A DNA stretch of 64,000 nt, from the NCBI GenBank assembly GCA_937863565.1, contig CALMGJ010000009.1, positions 62,001 to 126,000 on the forward strand. Direction: 5' to 3'. Under the pieces are notes generated by a model. The model did no database searches, had not been told where the DNA came from, and was given only the letters and a program-made list of their open reading frames with translations. Below are positions 1 to 9,415 of the stretch, piece by piece. Numbering within the stretch: the first letter of the stretch is position 1; the number at the start of each line of letters is the position of its first letter. This DNA is from an uncultured bacterium. Its GTDB lineage: Bacteria > AUK180. The position numbers were made by a program, and so were the translations under genes.

Positions 1-129
1 TGGTTGTGTTCGAACGCGAAGATCCTCTCGGCCCTTCCCGAATGGCGGCCGAAGGTCTTTATGCCCGAGGGGTTTAGAATGACCGTCGACTGGTATATAC
101 AGAACGGTTATCTGGAAAAAGGAGTGTGA
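1..129 (+). CDS. 3' end of an NAD-dependent epimerase/dehydratase (extended SDR), partial
   Basis: Frame +1 is open from the window edge: WLCSNAKILSALPEWRPKVFMPEGFRMTVDWYIQNGYLEKGV*. This resembles the 'P....EG...T..WY...G.L' C-terminus of extended SDRs. The stop lies 1 nt before the spt start. Confidence 0.6.
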   Translation, partial: WLCSNAKILSALPEWRPKVFMPEGFRMTVDWYIQNGYLEKGV

Positions 130-130
130 A

Positions 131-1318
131 ATGACGGGTGATCTGTTCCAAAAATGCTATAATTTCAAGGATGCCGACATGGTAAAGGACATGGGGATCT
201 ATCCCTATTTTACCCCGATCGAGTCGGCCCAGGAAACAGAGGTCTATATAGAAGGCAAAAAAGTTCTCATGCTCGGATCCAATTCTTATATGGGACTCAC
301 TTTCGACGAACGCGTTAAAGAGGCGGCGATCGAAGCTGTTAAAAAATACGGCGTAGGATGCGCCGGTTCGAGATTTTTAAACGGCACGCTTGACCTTCAT
401 CTCGAACTTGAGGAGATCCTGGCAAAATTCTTGAGAAAACCCGAGGCTCTTCTTTATTCCACAGGGTATCAGACGAATCTCGGCGTAATTACCGGGCTTA
501 CCAATAAAGATGACTATATCCTGGCAGATAAAATGGACCATGCCAGCATCATAGACGCATGCAAGCTTTCATTTGCATCAACAGTACGGTTCAATCATAA
601 TGATGCCGCCGATCTTGATCGGAAAATGGGCAATCTGCCCAAGGAGGCAGGGAAACTCATCGTGGTTGACGGGGTTTTCTCGATGGAGGGCGATATAGCC
701 CCCCTGGATAAGCTCATACCGGTGAAAAAGAAACATAATGCCCGTATCCTCGTGGATGACGCTCATTCTGTCGGAGTTCTGGGTGATACGGGCAGAGGAA
801 CGGCCGAGCATTTTCATTTGGAAGAGGAAACGGACCTCATCATGAACACGTTCTCCAAGACTTTCGCAACGATAGGAGGCTATATAGCCGGCGAGAAAGC
901 CGCAATAAATTATCTCAAGCATCATTCAAGGGCCCTTATGTTCAGCGCTTCTCTGCCGCCTGCGGCGCTCGGCGCGGTGAAGAAGGGTCTCGAGATACTT
1001 CAGGAAGAGACATGGAGAAGGACAAGGCTCTGGGAGATCACAAAGATGATGCGCGAGGGGTTCCAGGCAATGGGCTTCAGCACAGGCGAGAGCGTTACTC
1101 CCATCATCCCGCTTCGCATAGGCGATATGTTCACAACCTTCAAGATGAGAAAGATGCTCCTTGATGCGGGGGTTTTCGTAAATCCTGTTGTTCCGCCCGC
1201 CGTTGCCCCGACCGATTGTCTTGTAAGGACAAGTTTCATGGCGACGCATACGGACAGCCAGATGCAATTTGCGCTTGATACATTCAAGAGCATCGGCAAG
1301 GAGCTCAAGGTCATATGA
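131..1318 (+). CDS. spt: Serine palmitoyltransferase (alpha-oxoamine synthase family, PLP)
   Basis: GIYPYF..IES, GSNSYMGL, GCAGSRFLNGT, DHASI, DDAH and TFSKT (PLP Lys). The N-terminal YPYF pattern and GSRFLNGT match the bacterial SPT subgroup better than BioF or Kbl. Confidence 0.75.
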   Translation: MTGDLFQKCYNFKDADMVKDMGIYPYFTPIESAQETEVYIEGKKVLMLGSNSYMGLTFDERVKEAAIEAVKKYGVGCAGSRFLNGTLDLHLELEEILAKFLRKPEALLYSTGYQTNLGVITGLTNKDDYILADKMDHASIIDACKLSFASTVRFNHNDAADLDRKMGNLPKEAGKLIVVDGVFSMEGDIAPLDKLIPVKKKHNARILVDDAHSVGVLGDTGRGTAEHFHLEEETDLIMNTFSKTFATIGGYIAGEKAAINYLKHHSRALMFSASLPPAALGAVKKGLEILQEETWRRTRLWEITKMMREGFQAMGFSTGESVTPIIPLRIGDMFTTFKMRKMLLDAGVFVNPVVPPAVAPTDCLVRTSFMATHTDSQMQFALDTFKSIGKELKVI

Positions 1319-1698
1319 CGCCTAATCCCAAGAAGATCCTCGTTGTTGATGACAGCAAGTTCGCAAGGACGATCCTCGTGAACGGCCTTAAAAAAGAGGG
1401 TTTCAATGTTATCGAGGCAGAGAACGGACAAGAAGCGGTTGAGATCACAAAGATAGAAAAACCCAATCTGATAATCATGGACGTAGTAATGCCTGTCTTG
1501 AACGGCATCGAGGCCACTAAGGTGCTGAAGAACCTGAATGAAACGAACAAGATCCCCATTCTTATACTGACAGGACAGAATTCTAAGGAGGAGATACTCG
1601 AAGGTTTCAATGCGGGAGCGGACGAATATCTCTGTAAACCCTTTAAGTTCACGGAGCTCATCGCAACGCTCAAGACGCTTCTCAATCTATATAAATAG
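1315..1698 (+). CDS. Single-domain response regulator (receiver)
   Basis: ILVVDD, MDVVMP (phospho-Asp), LTG, GADEYLCKPF. Confidence 0.92.
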   Translation: MTPNPKKILVVDDSKFARTILVNGLKKEGFNVIEAENGQEAVEITKIEKPNLIIMDVVMPVLNGIEATKVLKNLNETNKIPILILTGQNSKEEILEGFNAGADEYLCKPFKFTELIATLKTLLNLYK

Positions 1699-1701
1699 GA
1701 C

Positions 1702-2799
1702 ATGGAAAGGGACTATTACAAGATCCTCGGCGTTTCGAAGAACGCCAGCACGGAAGAAATAAAGAAGGAATACCGTAAACTCGCGATGAAATGGCATCCG
1801 GATAAGAACCCGGAGAACAGATCACAGGCCGAGGACGAGTTCAAGAAGATCAATGAGGCGTACAGCGTCCTTTCCGATCAGGAGAAGAGAAGGATATACG
1901 ACCTGTACGGCACAGATGGCCTGAAAGGGCAGTACGGAGAACATTATGAGGACGAGTTCATTTCATCCCTTTTCGAGGGATTCGGTTTTTTCGAGAACTT
2001 GTTCGGGGGTTTCGCTCAATCGAACAGAAGGAAAGGCTCGGATATTCAGTACAATATCACGATCGATTTCAATGATGTTGTGAACGGCGTGAAAAAAGAG
2101 ATCGAATACGACCGGGAGATCCCTTGCCCCCACTGTAAGGGTACGCGCGCCGATTCCCCGGACGATATCCTTGAATGTCCTCATTGCAACGGTAAGGGAA
2201 AGATCCGGAACAGACAGGCCTTTTTCGTTATTTCTCAGACCTGCCCGTACTGCGAGGGGACGGGAAAAACAATAGCGAAGATGTGCAAACTGTGCAAGGG
2301 GAAGGGGTTCCAGAAACAGCGTGAGAAGATGACGATAGAAATTGAACCGGGTATTGACGAAGGGAGTGTTCTTCTCTACAGGGGCAAAGGAAATTCCATC
2401 TCCAAAGACAGGCCGGCAGGGGACCTTTATGTGGTGCTTGACGTGAAGAAGGACAATATATTCACGAAAGACGGCCTTAACATCCTCATAGAACTCCCCT
2501 TACCGTTCACGGCCGCGATACTCGGGGATACCGTCGATATCCCTTATTTCAATAAGGAGAAGATCTCTATCGATATCCCTCCCAAAACGGGCAACGGGGA
2601 CAAGATCCGCTTAAGAGGGCGTGGAATTAAGAAAAGCGGTTACAGCGGAGATCTCATCGCGACCGTACGGCTTATTGTTCCGGACAGAATAAACAGAACG
2701 CAGGAAAAGGTCCTGAACGAATTCCACCGTCTGACGAAGAACAACTATTCCGAACTCGAGAATTTTAAAAATGCGCTCAGTAAAAGGTTCAAGAAATGA
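1702..2799 (+). CDS. dnaJ: Chaperone DnaJ
   Basis: J domain with HPD, four CxxCxG zinc-finger repeats, C-terminal substrate-binding domain. Confidence 0.93.
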   Translation: MERDYYKILGVSKNASTEEIKKEYRKLAMKWHPDKNPENRSQAEDEFKKINEAYSVLSDQEKRRIYDLYGTDGLKGQYGEHYEDEFISSLFEGFGFFENLFGGFAQSNRRKGSDIQYNITIDFNDVVNGVKKEIEYDREIPCPHCKGTRADSPDDILECPHCNGKGKIRNRQAFFVISQTCPYCEGTGKTIAKMCKLCKGKGFQKQREKMTIEIEPGIDEGSVLLYRGKGNSISKDRPAGDLYVVLDVKKDNIFTKDGLNILIELPLPFTAAILGDTVDIPYFNKEKISIDIPPKTGNGDKIRLRGRGIKKSGYSGDLIATVRLIVPDRINRTQEKVLNEFHRLTKNNYSELENFKNALSKRFKK

Positions 2800-4055
2800 T
2801 AGATATTAAAATTCTTCTTAATGATCCGGATTCGGTGCGCGCGAATATCAGGAAACGATTCAAGAATATCGATATTGACGGGCTTATCGATGCCGTGACC
2901 AGGGCGAATAAACTCAAAGCGGAAGCGGACGATCTCAGATCCGGAAAAAAGAAACTCAGCCGGGAATTCTCCCAGGCCATGTCCCGAAAAACGGGTATTG
3001 AAGATATTAAAAAGAAAATAGAGGAGACGGACGCCAGATTGACCGCGATCGAGAATGAATCGGCAGAGCTTGAAAAGATCAAAAGTGATCTCCTTCTTCG
3101 GATACCGAATTTCCTTTCTTCCGATGTGCCTGAAGGTAAGACCGAGGATGAGAAGAAGATCGTTTTTGAGGGGCCGGCATTGAAAGAGCCCGGATCCCCC
3201 GTCAAACCTCACTATGAGATCGGCGAGGAAAGAGGAATTATTGATTTCAAGGCGGCGGCCGAGATGTCCGGGTCCCGTTTCGTGATATTGAAGAACAAGC
3301 TCTCCGCTTTGAACAGGGCGCTTATCACTTTCATGATGAACGAGAACGGCAAGAACGGATATGAGGAGGTATATCCTCCTTTCCTTATAAAAAGGGACAT
3401 GCTTAAATACACCGGCCAGGTGCCGGACAAAGAGGAGGACCTTTATAAGATCGAAGGCGAAGACCTGTATCTGATCCCGACGGCGGAAGTATCGCTCGTG
3501 AACTATGCCGCTTTCCTGGAACTCAAGGAAGAGGATCTCCCCAAAAGGATGATGGGGTTCACTTCCTGTTTCAGAAAGGAGGCCGGTTCATACGGCAAGG
3601 ACATACGCGGGATGATGCGCGTTCATCAGTTCGACAAGGTGGAGCTCGTTTCGATCTCTGTTCCAGGAAAAAGTCCCGCTGAGCATGAAAAAATGCTTTC
3701 CGATGCAAGCTCTCTTTTGACAAAACTCGAACTACCCTACCGTGTGGCACTCCTCTGTTCGGCGGACACTGTTAATACCTCCTCAAAAACATACGATATA
3801 GAGGTCTATCTGCCCTCGCAGGGAACATACCGCGAGATCTCATCCGTTTCATCATGCACGGATTATCAGGCCCGGAGAATGAACCTGAAATACAGAACGG
3901 CGGATGGCGGGAAAGCCCTTGTGCATACACTTAACGGTTCTGCGCTGGCAGTAGGACGGACCCTTATCGCGATCATGGAGAATTACCAGAATCTCGACGG
4001 GAGCATATCCGTTCCTGCGGCGCTTGTTCCTTACTGCGGCTTCGACCGGATATAA
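2796..4055 (+). CDS. serS: Serine--tRNA ligase
   Basis: N-terminal coiled coil, [34 protein letters not shown]. Confidence 0.97.
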   Translation: MIDIKILLNDPDSVRANIRKRFKNIDIDGLIDAVTRANKLKAEADDLRSGKKKLSREFSQAMSRKTGIEDIKKKIEETDARLTAIENESAELEKIKSDLLLRIPNFLSSDVPEGKTEDEKKIVFEGPALKEPGSPVKPHYEIGEERGIIDFKAAAEMSGSRFVILKNKLSALNRALITFMMNENGKNGYEEVYPPFLIKRDMLKYTGQVPDKEEDLYKIEGEDLYLIPTAEVSLVNYAAFLELKEEDLPKRMMGFTSCFRKEAGSYGKDIRGMMRVHQFDKVELVSISVPGKSPAEHEKMLSDASSLLTKLELPYRVALLCSADTVNTSSKTYDIEVYLPSQGTYREISSVSSCTDYQARRMNLKYRTADGGKALVHTLNGSALAVGRTLIAIMENYQNLDGSISVPAALVPYCGFDRI

Positions 4056-4897
4056 TGCTCCGTTATCTTTCGCTTTTTCTCGCGCTTGTATTTTACGGAC
4101 TTTCAACAACGCTCCAGAAGAAGGCCTTGAAATACATTTCCCTCAGGAACATGCTGAAGATCCATGCTTATGTCACGTTCATACTTTACGCGCTGTTCTG
4201 GTATTTCTTTTCCCGCGAGTACAGAGCGTGGCCTTATTTCTATCCGATGCTTTCCGCCCTGACTTCGGCGCTCGGTTTTATTCTCTACTATGAAGCGCTG
4301 AAATTCTCTTCCGCTTCTCTCGTTGCGCTCATTACTTCGCTTTATGCCGTAGTGAGTTTTGTGCTTTCAGTGATCTTCCTCGGGGAATGTCCCGCGTGGA
4401 ACAATTATACCGGCTTCGCTCTTATCATCGCGGGGCTGCTTTTCATCTATAAAAAAGGGTCCGGAAAGAATATCTCCTTCAAAGGCCTGATCCTTACTCT
4501 TTCGGCAACAATACTCTGGGGGTGCTGGGGATTTTTATCTAAGAAGGCTTATGAGCATGCCGGCGAACCGGAACTCCTCGGCTCTTTTGCATTAATGGTC
4601 ATTTTGATCTTCAGCCTTTACGCGGGACGGCTGAAGAAAGATGAGGAGGATTCCGCAACAGTGCACAGAGGGGATAAGGTCGCGATCCTGTCCGTCGTGA
4701 TCACGGCCGCGGCATCGCTTCTTTTCTATTTCTCCATAGGCCGCATGCCGGCCACTTTCGTGATACCCGTCATATCGGGATACCCGCTGATAACGATCAT
4801 CTCCGCCGCGGTCCTTCTCAGGGAACGTTTAACTGGAAGGCAATTGTTCGCCTCGGTGCTCATCATCTGCGGGATAATGCTGTTTTTTATTTTTTAG
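4055..4897 (+). CDS. EamA/DMT family transporter
   Basis: About 10 hydrophobic helices in two repeats; FLGE and LLRE repeat ends. Confidence 0.8.
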   Translation: MLRYLSLFLALVFYGLSTTLQKKALKYISLRNMLKIHAYVTFILYALFWYFFSREYRAWPYFYPMLSALTSALGFILYYEALKFSSASLVALITSLYAVVSFVLSVIFLGECPAWNNYTGFALIIAGLLFIYKKGSGKNISFKGLILTLSATILWGCWGFLSKKAYEHAGEPELLGSFALMVILIFSLYAGRLKKDEEDSATVHRGDKVAILSVVITAAASLLFYFSIGRMPATFVIPVISGYPLITIISAAVLLRERLTGRQLFASVLIICGIMLFFIF

Positions 4898-4954
4898 GGT
4901 CTTTTCTGCATTTCCGCCCTGAAGAGCCGGAATATAAGAAAAATGGTCCCGGGA

Positions 4955-5326
4955 CTACCTGACAAAGGTCCTTAAAAGGGCATACTGGAAAAATGAATGG
5001 ACGAAATAAATGAGGGCCAGAGTCCTGCCGGTATCCGAAAAAGTGTATTTGATGAAAAAGAACTGCCCGAAGAAAATAATGAACAATAAGATGTCGAGAA
5101 CGGCAATGATCTTCAGTGTTCTCTTAAAAAGAATGATCAGAAGGGATATTGCGAAAGGCATTAAAATAATGAAGAGCATGACCGTGTTTAAAGGATTCCG
5201 GCAATTCACGCCCTTCAGCGCTCCAATATGAAATGAGCTCAGCAATACTGCCGGGAAGGTCAAAAACCTTATTATTGGATACATGAATTTCTGCTCATCC
5301 AGGAATTTCATAAAATGGTCTTTCAT
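4955..5326 (-). CDS. Hypothetical membrane protein (about 4 TM)
   Basis: Hydrophobic ORF overlapping the upstream gene by 4 nt; last gene of a long minus-strand run. Confidence 0.65.
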   Translation of the reverse strand: MKDHFMKFLDEQKFMYPIIRFLTFPAVLLSSFHIGALKGVNCRNPLNTVMLFIILMPFAISLLIILFKRTLKIIAVLDILLFIIFFGQFFFIKYTFSDTGRTLALIYFVHSFFQYALLRTFVR

Positions 5327-5697
5327 TCCATTTCCTTTTTCATTTTTCGTACCGTCAGCAGGTCTTCGTACGCCTTTTCAAAATAAGGATTTTCGGGATG
5401 CTGAGCGTGAAGCATTTCATAGAGTATCAGGTTCTTCCCATTCATTTTCCCGTAGAGGATATCATTTATCCTGATGAGAAGTTTCACTGCGCCGGCATCG
5501 TATTTCCAGATCTTTATGCTTTTCTCGAGGGCTTCGGCGGCCTTCAGATATTTTTGTGTATTATTGCCGGTCAGAGCCTCGTAATAGAGATCCTCGCCCT
5601 TGTTCCTTAAAACACCTGCCGGGATAAGTATAAAGGACATAACTATGAAAAACGCCGCAAGGAGCAGGCTAATGATCTTTAAGGCTTTTTTTTGCAT
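5323..5697 (-). CDS. Hypothetical membrane-anchored protein with TPR-like helices
   Basis: N-terminal TM segment, then helical YYEAL/YLKAAEALEKSI repeats; overlaps both neighbours. Confidence 0.6.
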   Translation of the reverse strand: MQKKALKIISLLLAAFFIVMSFILIPAGVLRNKGEDLYYEALTGNNTQKYLKAAEALEKSIKIWKYDAGAVKLLIRINDILYGKMNGKNLILYEMLHAQHPENPYFEKAYEDLLTVRKMKKEME

Positions 5698-7018
5698 ATC
5701 TGATCGCTTCCCTTTTCGTTCTTATTTTCCCCTCATCCCTTAACTCGCAGATCCTCCTTATCATCTTACCTACCGAGGGACCTTCCTTGTACCCTATCTT
5801 GATGAGGTCCTCCCCTTTGAGGCTGAATGCCGAGAACTCCGCATTTTTAATGGCTGCAACATCCGCTCTGATCCTTTTTACAAATGCTTCCTGTTCCATA
5901 TCGGGGCGGTCATGCGCCGCGGCGCCGTCGGCAAGGAAAAGAATGAACGCGGCTTCTATATCGTCCCCGGCTTTCCGCAGGAATTTTCGGACCGCTTTAA
6001 GCTGGAAATTCTCCGAGAATTTCAAGTAGGCAAGGTCCATATGGTTCTTTATATGTCCCGTGATCGCCGATATTTCCCTGTTCGAGAAATGAAGGGCTTC
6101 GAGTTCTTTGGCCGCGATGTCGCCTCCCAGGGTCTCATGTCCGTGAAAACGGGTCCGGCCCTCTACATCCTTTGCCGCAGGGTGTTTCCCTATATCGTGA
6201 AGAAGCGCAGCCAGTTTCAGAACAGCGGGGTCGCCTTCATATACGAAACGCGACATATAGTATTCCGCCCAGCGGTATGCAAGAATGGAATGCCGGTAAA
6301 CGTCGAAACTGTGGTATTCGTTCTGTTCCAGTCCCTTAAGAAGGGAGAGCGATGGGAAAAGCCGCGATAAGATCCCTTTTCCCTCTATTTCTTTCACCGC
6401 ATCGAAAGAATTCTCGAAGGTCATGATCTTCTTGAGCTCAAGGACGATCCGCTCCACCGAAGAATCGAAAAGATGTCCCGTTTCGAACGCATTGATCAGA
6501 GATCCCGTCCTTTTATCGGGGATCAGCTTGGGGAATCTCAGAAGATACCTGTAATATCTTAGAAATCTAACCGGATCCGCGGAGAGGAAGTCCGGCGTGC
6601 AGCAGCGCAGGGCGCCGCTTTCAAGGTCGTCGATCCCTCCTAAAGGGTCCCTGATCTCGTTCTTGCCGCAATCGTAGAATATCGCGTTCACCGTGAAATC
6701 ACGGCGCCGGGCATCCCGGTCGATGCTTCCTGCGATCTCGCTGATATCGAAGTTAATGCCGCCGTGAATGAACTTGATGACCTTATTGCCTTTTTTGTCC
6801 TCAATGAGATGAAGCTTTCTCCCAAGAACCTTTTCGAGCGATCCCTTGAAGGCCGGAAGGTCCGGTACGGCACAATCGATATCGTCCGTGTTCTTCTTGA
6901 AATGAAGAGACGGCATCAGCCCTCCCACTATAAAGATACTCTTTCTCAGGGTCACAGGTATCTCGTTGAAGAACCGGGAGCCTGAAATGTACTTTTTTAC
7001 CCGCGCCGTTATTTCCAT
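5669..7018 (-). CDS. Class II tRNA nucleotidyltransferase with HD domain (probably CC-adding)
   Basis: VGG..DID, RRDFTVNA, DPxR, ERI..E, H.FDV..H, LLHDIGK, F.GHE, and a C-terminal G.DL...G...GP..G. Confidence 0.88.
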   Translation of the reverse strand: MEITARVKKYISGSRFFNEIPVTLRKSIFIVGGLMPSLHFKKNTDDIDCAVPDLPAFKGSLEKVLGRKLHLIEDKKGNKVIKFIHGGINFDISEIAGSIDRDARRRDFTVNAIFYDCGKNEIRDPLGGIDDLESGALRCCTPDFLSADPVRFLRYYRYLLRFPKLIPDKRTGSLINAFETGHLFDSSVERIVLELKKIMTFENSFDAVKEIEGKGILSRLFPSLSLLKGLEQNEYHSFDVYRHSILAYRWAEYYMSRFVYEGDPAVLKLAALLHDIGKHPAAKDVEGRTRFHGHETLGGDIAAKELEALHFSNREISAITGHIKNHMDLAYLKFSENFQLKAVRKFLRKAGDDIEAAFILFLADGAAAHDRPDMEQEAFVKRIRADVAAIKNAEFSAFSLKGEDLIKIGYKEGPSVGKMIRRICELRDEGKIRTKREAIRYAKKSLKDH

Positions 7019-7947
7019 CTTTTCTCCAGGATTTCCTGATATATATCGTAGATGGCCTTATATCCGGCAAAGGCTGTAAGATGATCAAGATAGGAAAGCA
7101 TCCTTTTTTCGTAAAACCTGAGATATGAGGGTTTGCCTTTTTCGTTCTTCAGATAGGCGAATGTCCCGAGCACCTTAAGGCACCTCTCTAAGGCAAGCAC
7201 TTTCACATAGTGAATGTCGCGGTCGAGGAAAGGCATGAACATCTCCCTGTTATTCCCGTGATCGACATATGCGTCCCACATGAAAGAGACCCTGTCGTAG
7301 AAATAATTGCCTACCCTGAGATCCTGGTGATCGAGAATGCGGAGCTCGCCTTTAAAAATATATATGTTCCTGGAATGGAAATCCCTGTGGATGAGCGTTT
7401 TGTCCGGCCTGTCCAGGAAGACCGCAATATCCTCGTATTCCGTGGAGAGCGCCGCTTTTTTTCTCCTGCTCAGCCTTATGCCCGTTTCCTCTGAGAGATA
7501 CTTTTTTTCGAAGAATTGAAGCTCCCAGAGGTATTTATCGCGGTCGAACGGCTCCCACTGAGGACGATATTTCTTCCGGGGAAGCGTCGCGAAAGCAGTG
7601 AGAAGGTCTTCGATCCGACGGCGCCATTTTCTTATCTTCCCGCCATTTTTAAGATATGAAAAAAGGGAAAGGTCCCCAATATCTTCGAAGACTATTATTC
7701 CCGCTTTTTCGTCCAGAAAGAGCATCTTCGGAACAGGGATCAGGTGCTTTTCTAAAAATTCATTGCTTTTGATCTGGGCTTTCTGGTATGCTCTCTCTCC
7801 GAGGTTCTCCTGTATAATAACGGAGCTTCCTTTTTTTATAATCGCCCTGAAATAGTTCCTTTCCGAGGCGTCTCCTTTTATCTTTTCCATTGAAACGATA
7901 CCGATCGCTTTTACGGTTTTAGCGAATTTTTCTTTATTCTGCTCCAT
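7009..7947 (-). CDS. Aminoglycoside-phosphotransferase-fold kinase, AmgK-like (MurNAc/GlcNAc kinase)
   Basis: GDASERNYFR, EDIGD, HRDFHSRN, LDHQD, R.LKVLGTF. Confidence 0.8.
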   Translation of the reverse strand: MEQNKEKFAKTVKAIGIVSMEKIKGDASERNYFRAIIKKGSSVIIQENLGERAYQKAQIKSNEFLEKHLIPVPKMLFLDEKAGIIVFEDIGDLSLFSYLKNGGKIRKWRRRIEDLLTAFATLPRKKYRPQWEPFDRDKYLWELQFFEKKYLSEETGIRLSRRKKAALSTEYEDIAVFLDRPDKTLIHRDFHSRNIYIFKGELRILDHQDLRVGNYFYDRVSFMWDAYVDHGNNREMFMPFLDRDIHYVKVLALERCLKVLGTFAYLKNEKGKPSYLRFYEKRMLSYLDHLTAFAGYKAIYDIYQEILEKRWK

Positions 7948-9415
7948 CTTCGATCTTCTTCAACAGGTATTCGTGTATTCTTTTTTGCGCATCCTTAATA
8001 TAGATATCATCCTTGAACGGTTTGAAAACCTTTGATATGCCCTCAAGGGTCCGCTTCTGTTTCGGAGCATACTTCTTTTCTGAAAGCGAAGATACTTGGG
8101 AAACCGCAAGATAGAATAGAGAGAGCGATTCAATATAGTTCTTTACGGAATCCCTGAATTTGAGCGCGGTATTGCCTGCCATGGAAACGAAATCCTCCTG
8201 GTCGGCCGAGACCGGGATCGAATATACGGAAGAAGGTGCGGCGAGCTGCGCATTCCTGTTGGCAAGGGAGGCCATCGCATACTGAACGATCATAAGGCCG
8301 GAATTAAGACCCGGTGACTTCGTGCCGAACGGCGGAAGCTCCGAAAGACACGGATGTATGAGCCTGTTCACTTGCCTTTCCAAAAGAGAAGTCGCTACCG
8401 ATACGGAGACCGCCGCGGAATCCAAGGCAATGGCAAGAGGTTCTCCGTGGAAATTCCCTGCGGAAAGGTATATGTTCTTTTCGGGGATGAACAGAGGGTT
8501 ATCCGATACGGAATTGAACTCCGTCTCGATCATGGACCTCACATAGTTCAAGTTGTCGTATACTCCTCCGAGTATCTGGGGAACGCAGCGTATCGTATAC
8601 GGGTCCTGGGTTCTCAATTTATCCTTGAAGATGGTCCGCCCGCGAAGGTTTTTCCGGATCGCATCATTTGCCGTTTTTATACCGGAGAACGGCCTCAGGT
8701 AATGGACTTCTTCGGAGAACTGCCCTTCATTGACATTAAGGAGCTCGCAGATCACCGAGAATGCATCAGTGTACAGCATCAGCGCTTTCATGAATTTATA
8801 AAGGTACAATCCTCCGATCGATGCGGTGAACTGCATCCCGTTGGTGAGCGCAAGGCCTTCCTTGGAGTCAAGTAGCGGGTCCTTTATCCCGGCAATGAGA
8901 AGCCCCTTTTGAGCGGGAATATGCTTCCCTTTGTAGTAGAACTCCCCTTTGCCGTATAGAACGGAGAAAAGATGGGCCAGCGGGACGAGGTCTCCGGAGG
9001 CTCCCAGAGAGCCCATCTCATACGATACGGGAACCAGTCCGGCATTTAGCATTTTCAGCATATTCTCTACGAGAACGGGCCTTACGCCGGAATTACCTTT
9101 TAAAAATGTTTTAACCTTCAGGATAAGCGCTCCGCGGCAGATATCCCTCTCTGCACGGTCACCGGCGCCTGATGAATGGGAAAGGATGATATTTTCCTGC
9201 AGTTTTTTAAGATCTCGGGGACGGATGCTCACCTTCGCCAGTTCGCCGAAGCCCGTGTTCACTCCGTACATCCTACGCTTTTCTTTGATCATCTTCTCTA
9301 CGAATTTCCTGCATTCGGCGACCTTTTTCATGTCTCCGGCAGGAACATCAATCTTTTCCGCTCTGATAAGAGCGTAAAAACCGTTTATATCAAGAAAGGA
9401 ACCGTCAAGCTTCAT
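7934..9415 (-). CDS. hutH: Histidine ammonia-lyase
   Basis: YGVNTGFG, LSH specificity pair, GSLGASGDL (MIO Ala-Ser-Gly), KEGLAL.NG, QDPYTIRC, GNFHG, QEDFVSM. Confidence 0.9.
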   Translation of the reverse strand: MKLDGSFLDINGFYALIRAEKIDVPAGDMKKVAECRKFVEKMIKEKRRMYGVNTGFGELAKVSIRPRDLKKLQENIILSHSSGAGDRAERDICRGALILKVKTFLKGNSGVRPVLVENMLKMLNAGLVPVSYEMGSLGASGDLVPLAHLFSVLYGKGEFYYKGKHIPAQKGLLIAGIKDPLLDSKEGLALTNGMQFTASIGGLYLYKFMKALMLYTDAFSVICELLNVNEGQFSEEVHYLRPFSGIKTANDAIRKNLRGRTIFKDKLRTQDPYTIRCVPQILGGVYDNLNYVRSMIETEFNSVSDNPLFIPEKNIYLSAGNFHGEPLAIALDSAAVSVSVATSLLERQVNRLIHPCLSELPPFGTKSPGLNSGLMIVQYAMASLANRNAQLAAPSSVYSIPVSADQEDFVSMAGNTALKFRDSVKNYIESLSLFYLAVSQVSSLSEKKYAPKQKRTLEGISKVFKPFKDDIYIKDAQKRIHEYLLKKIEDGAE

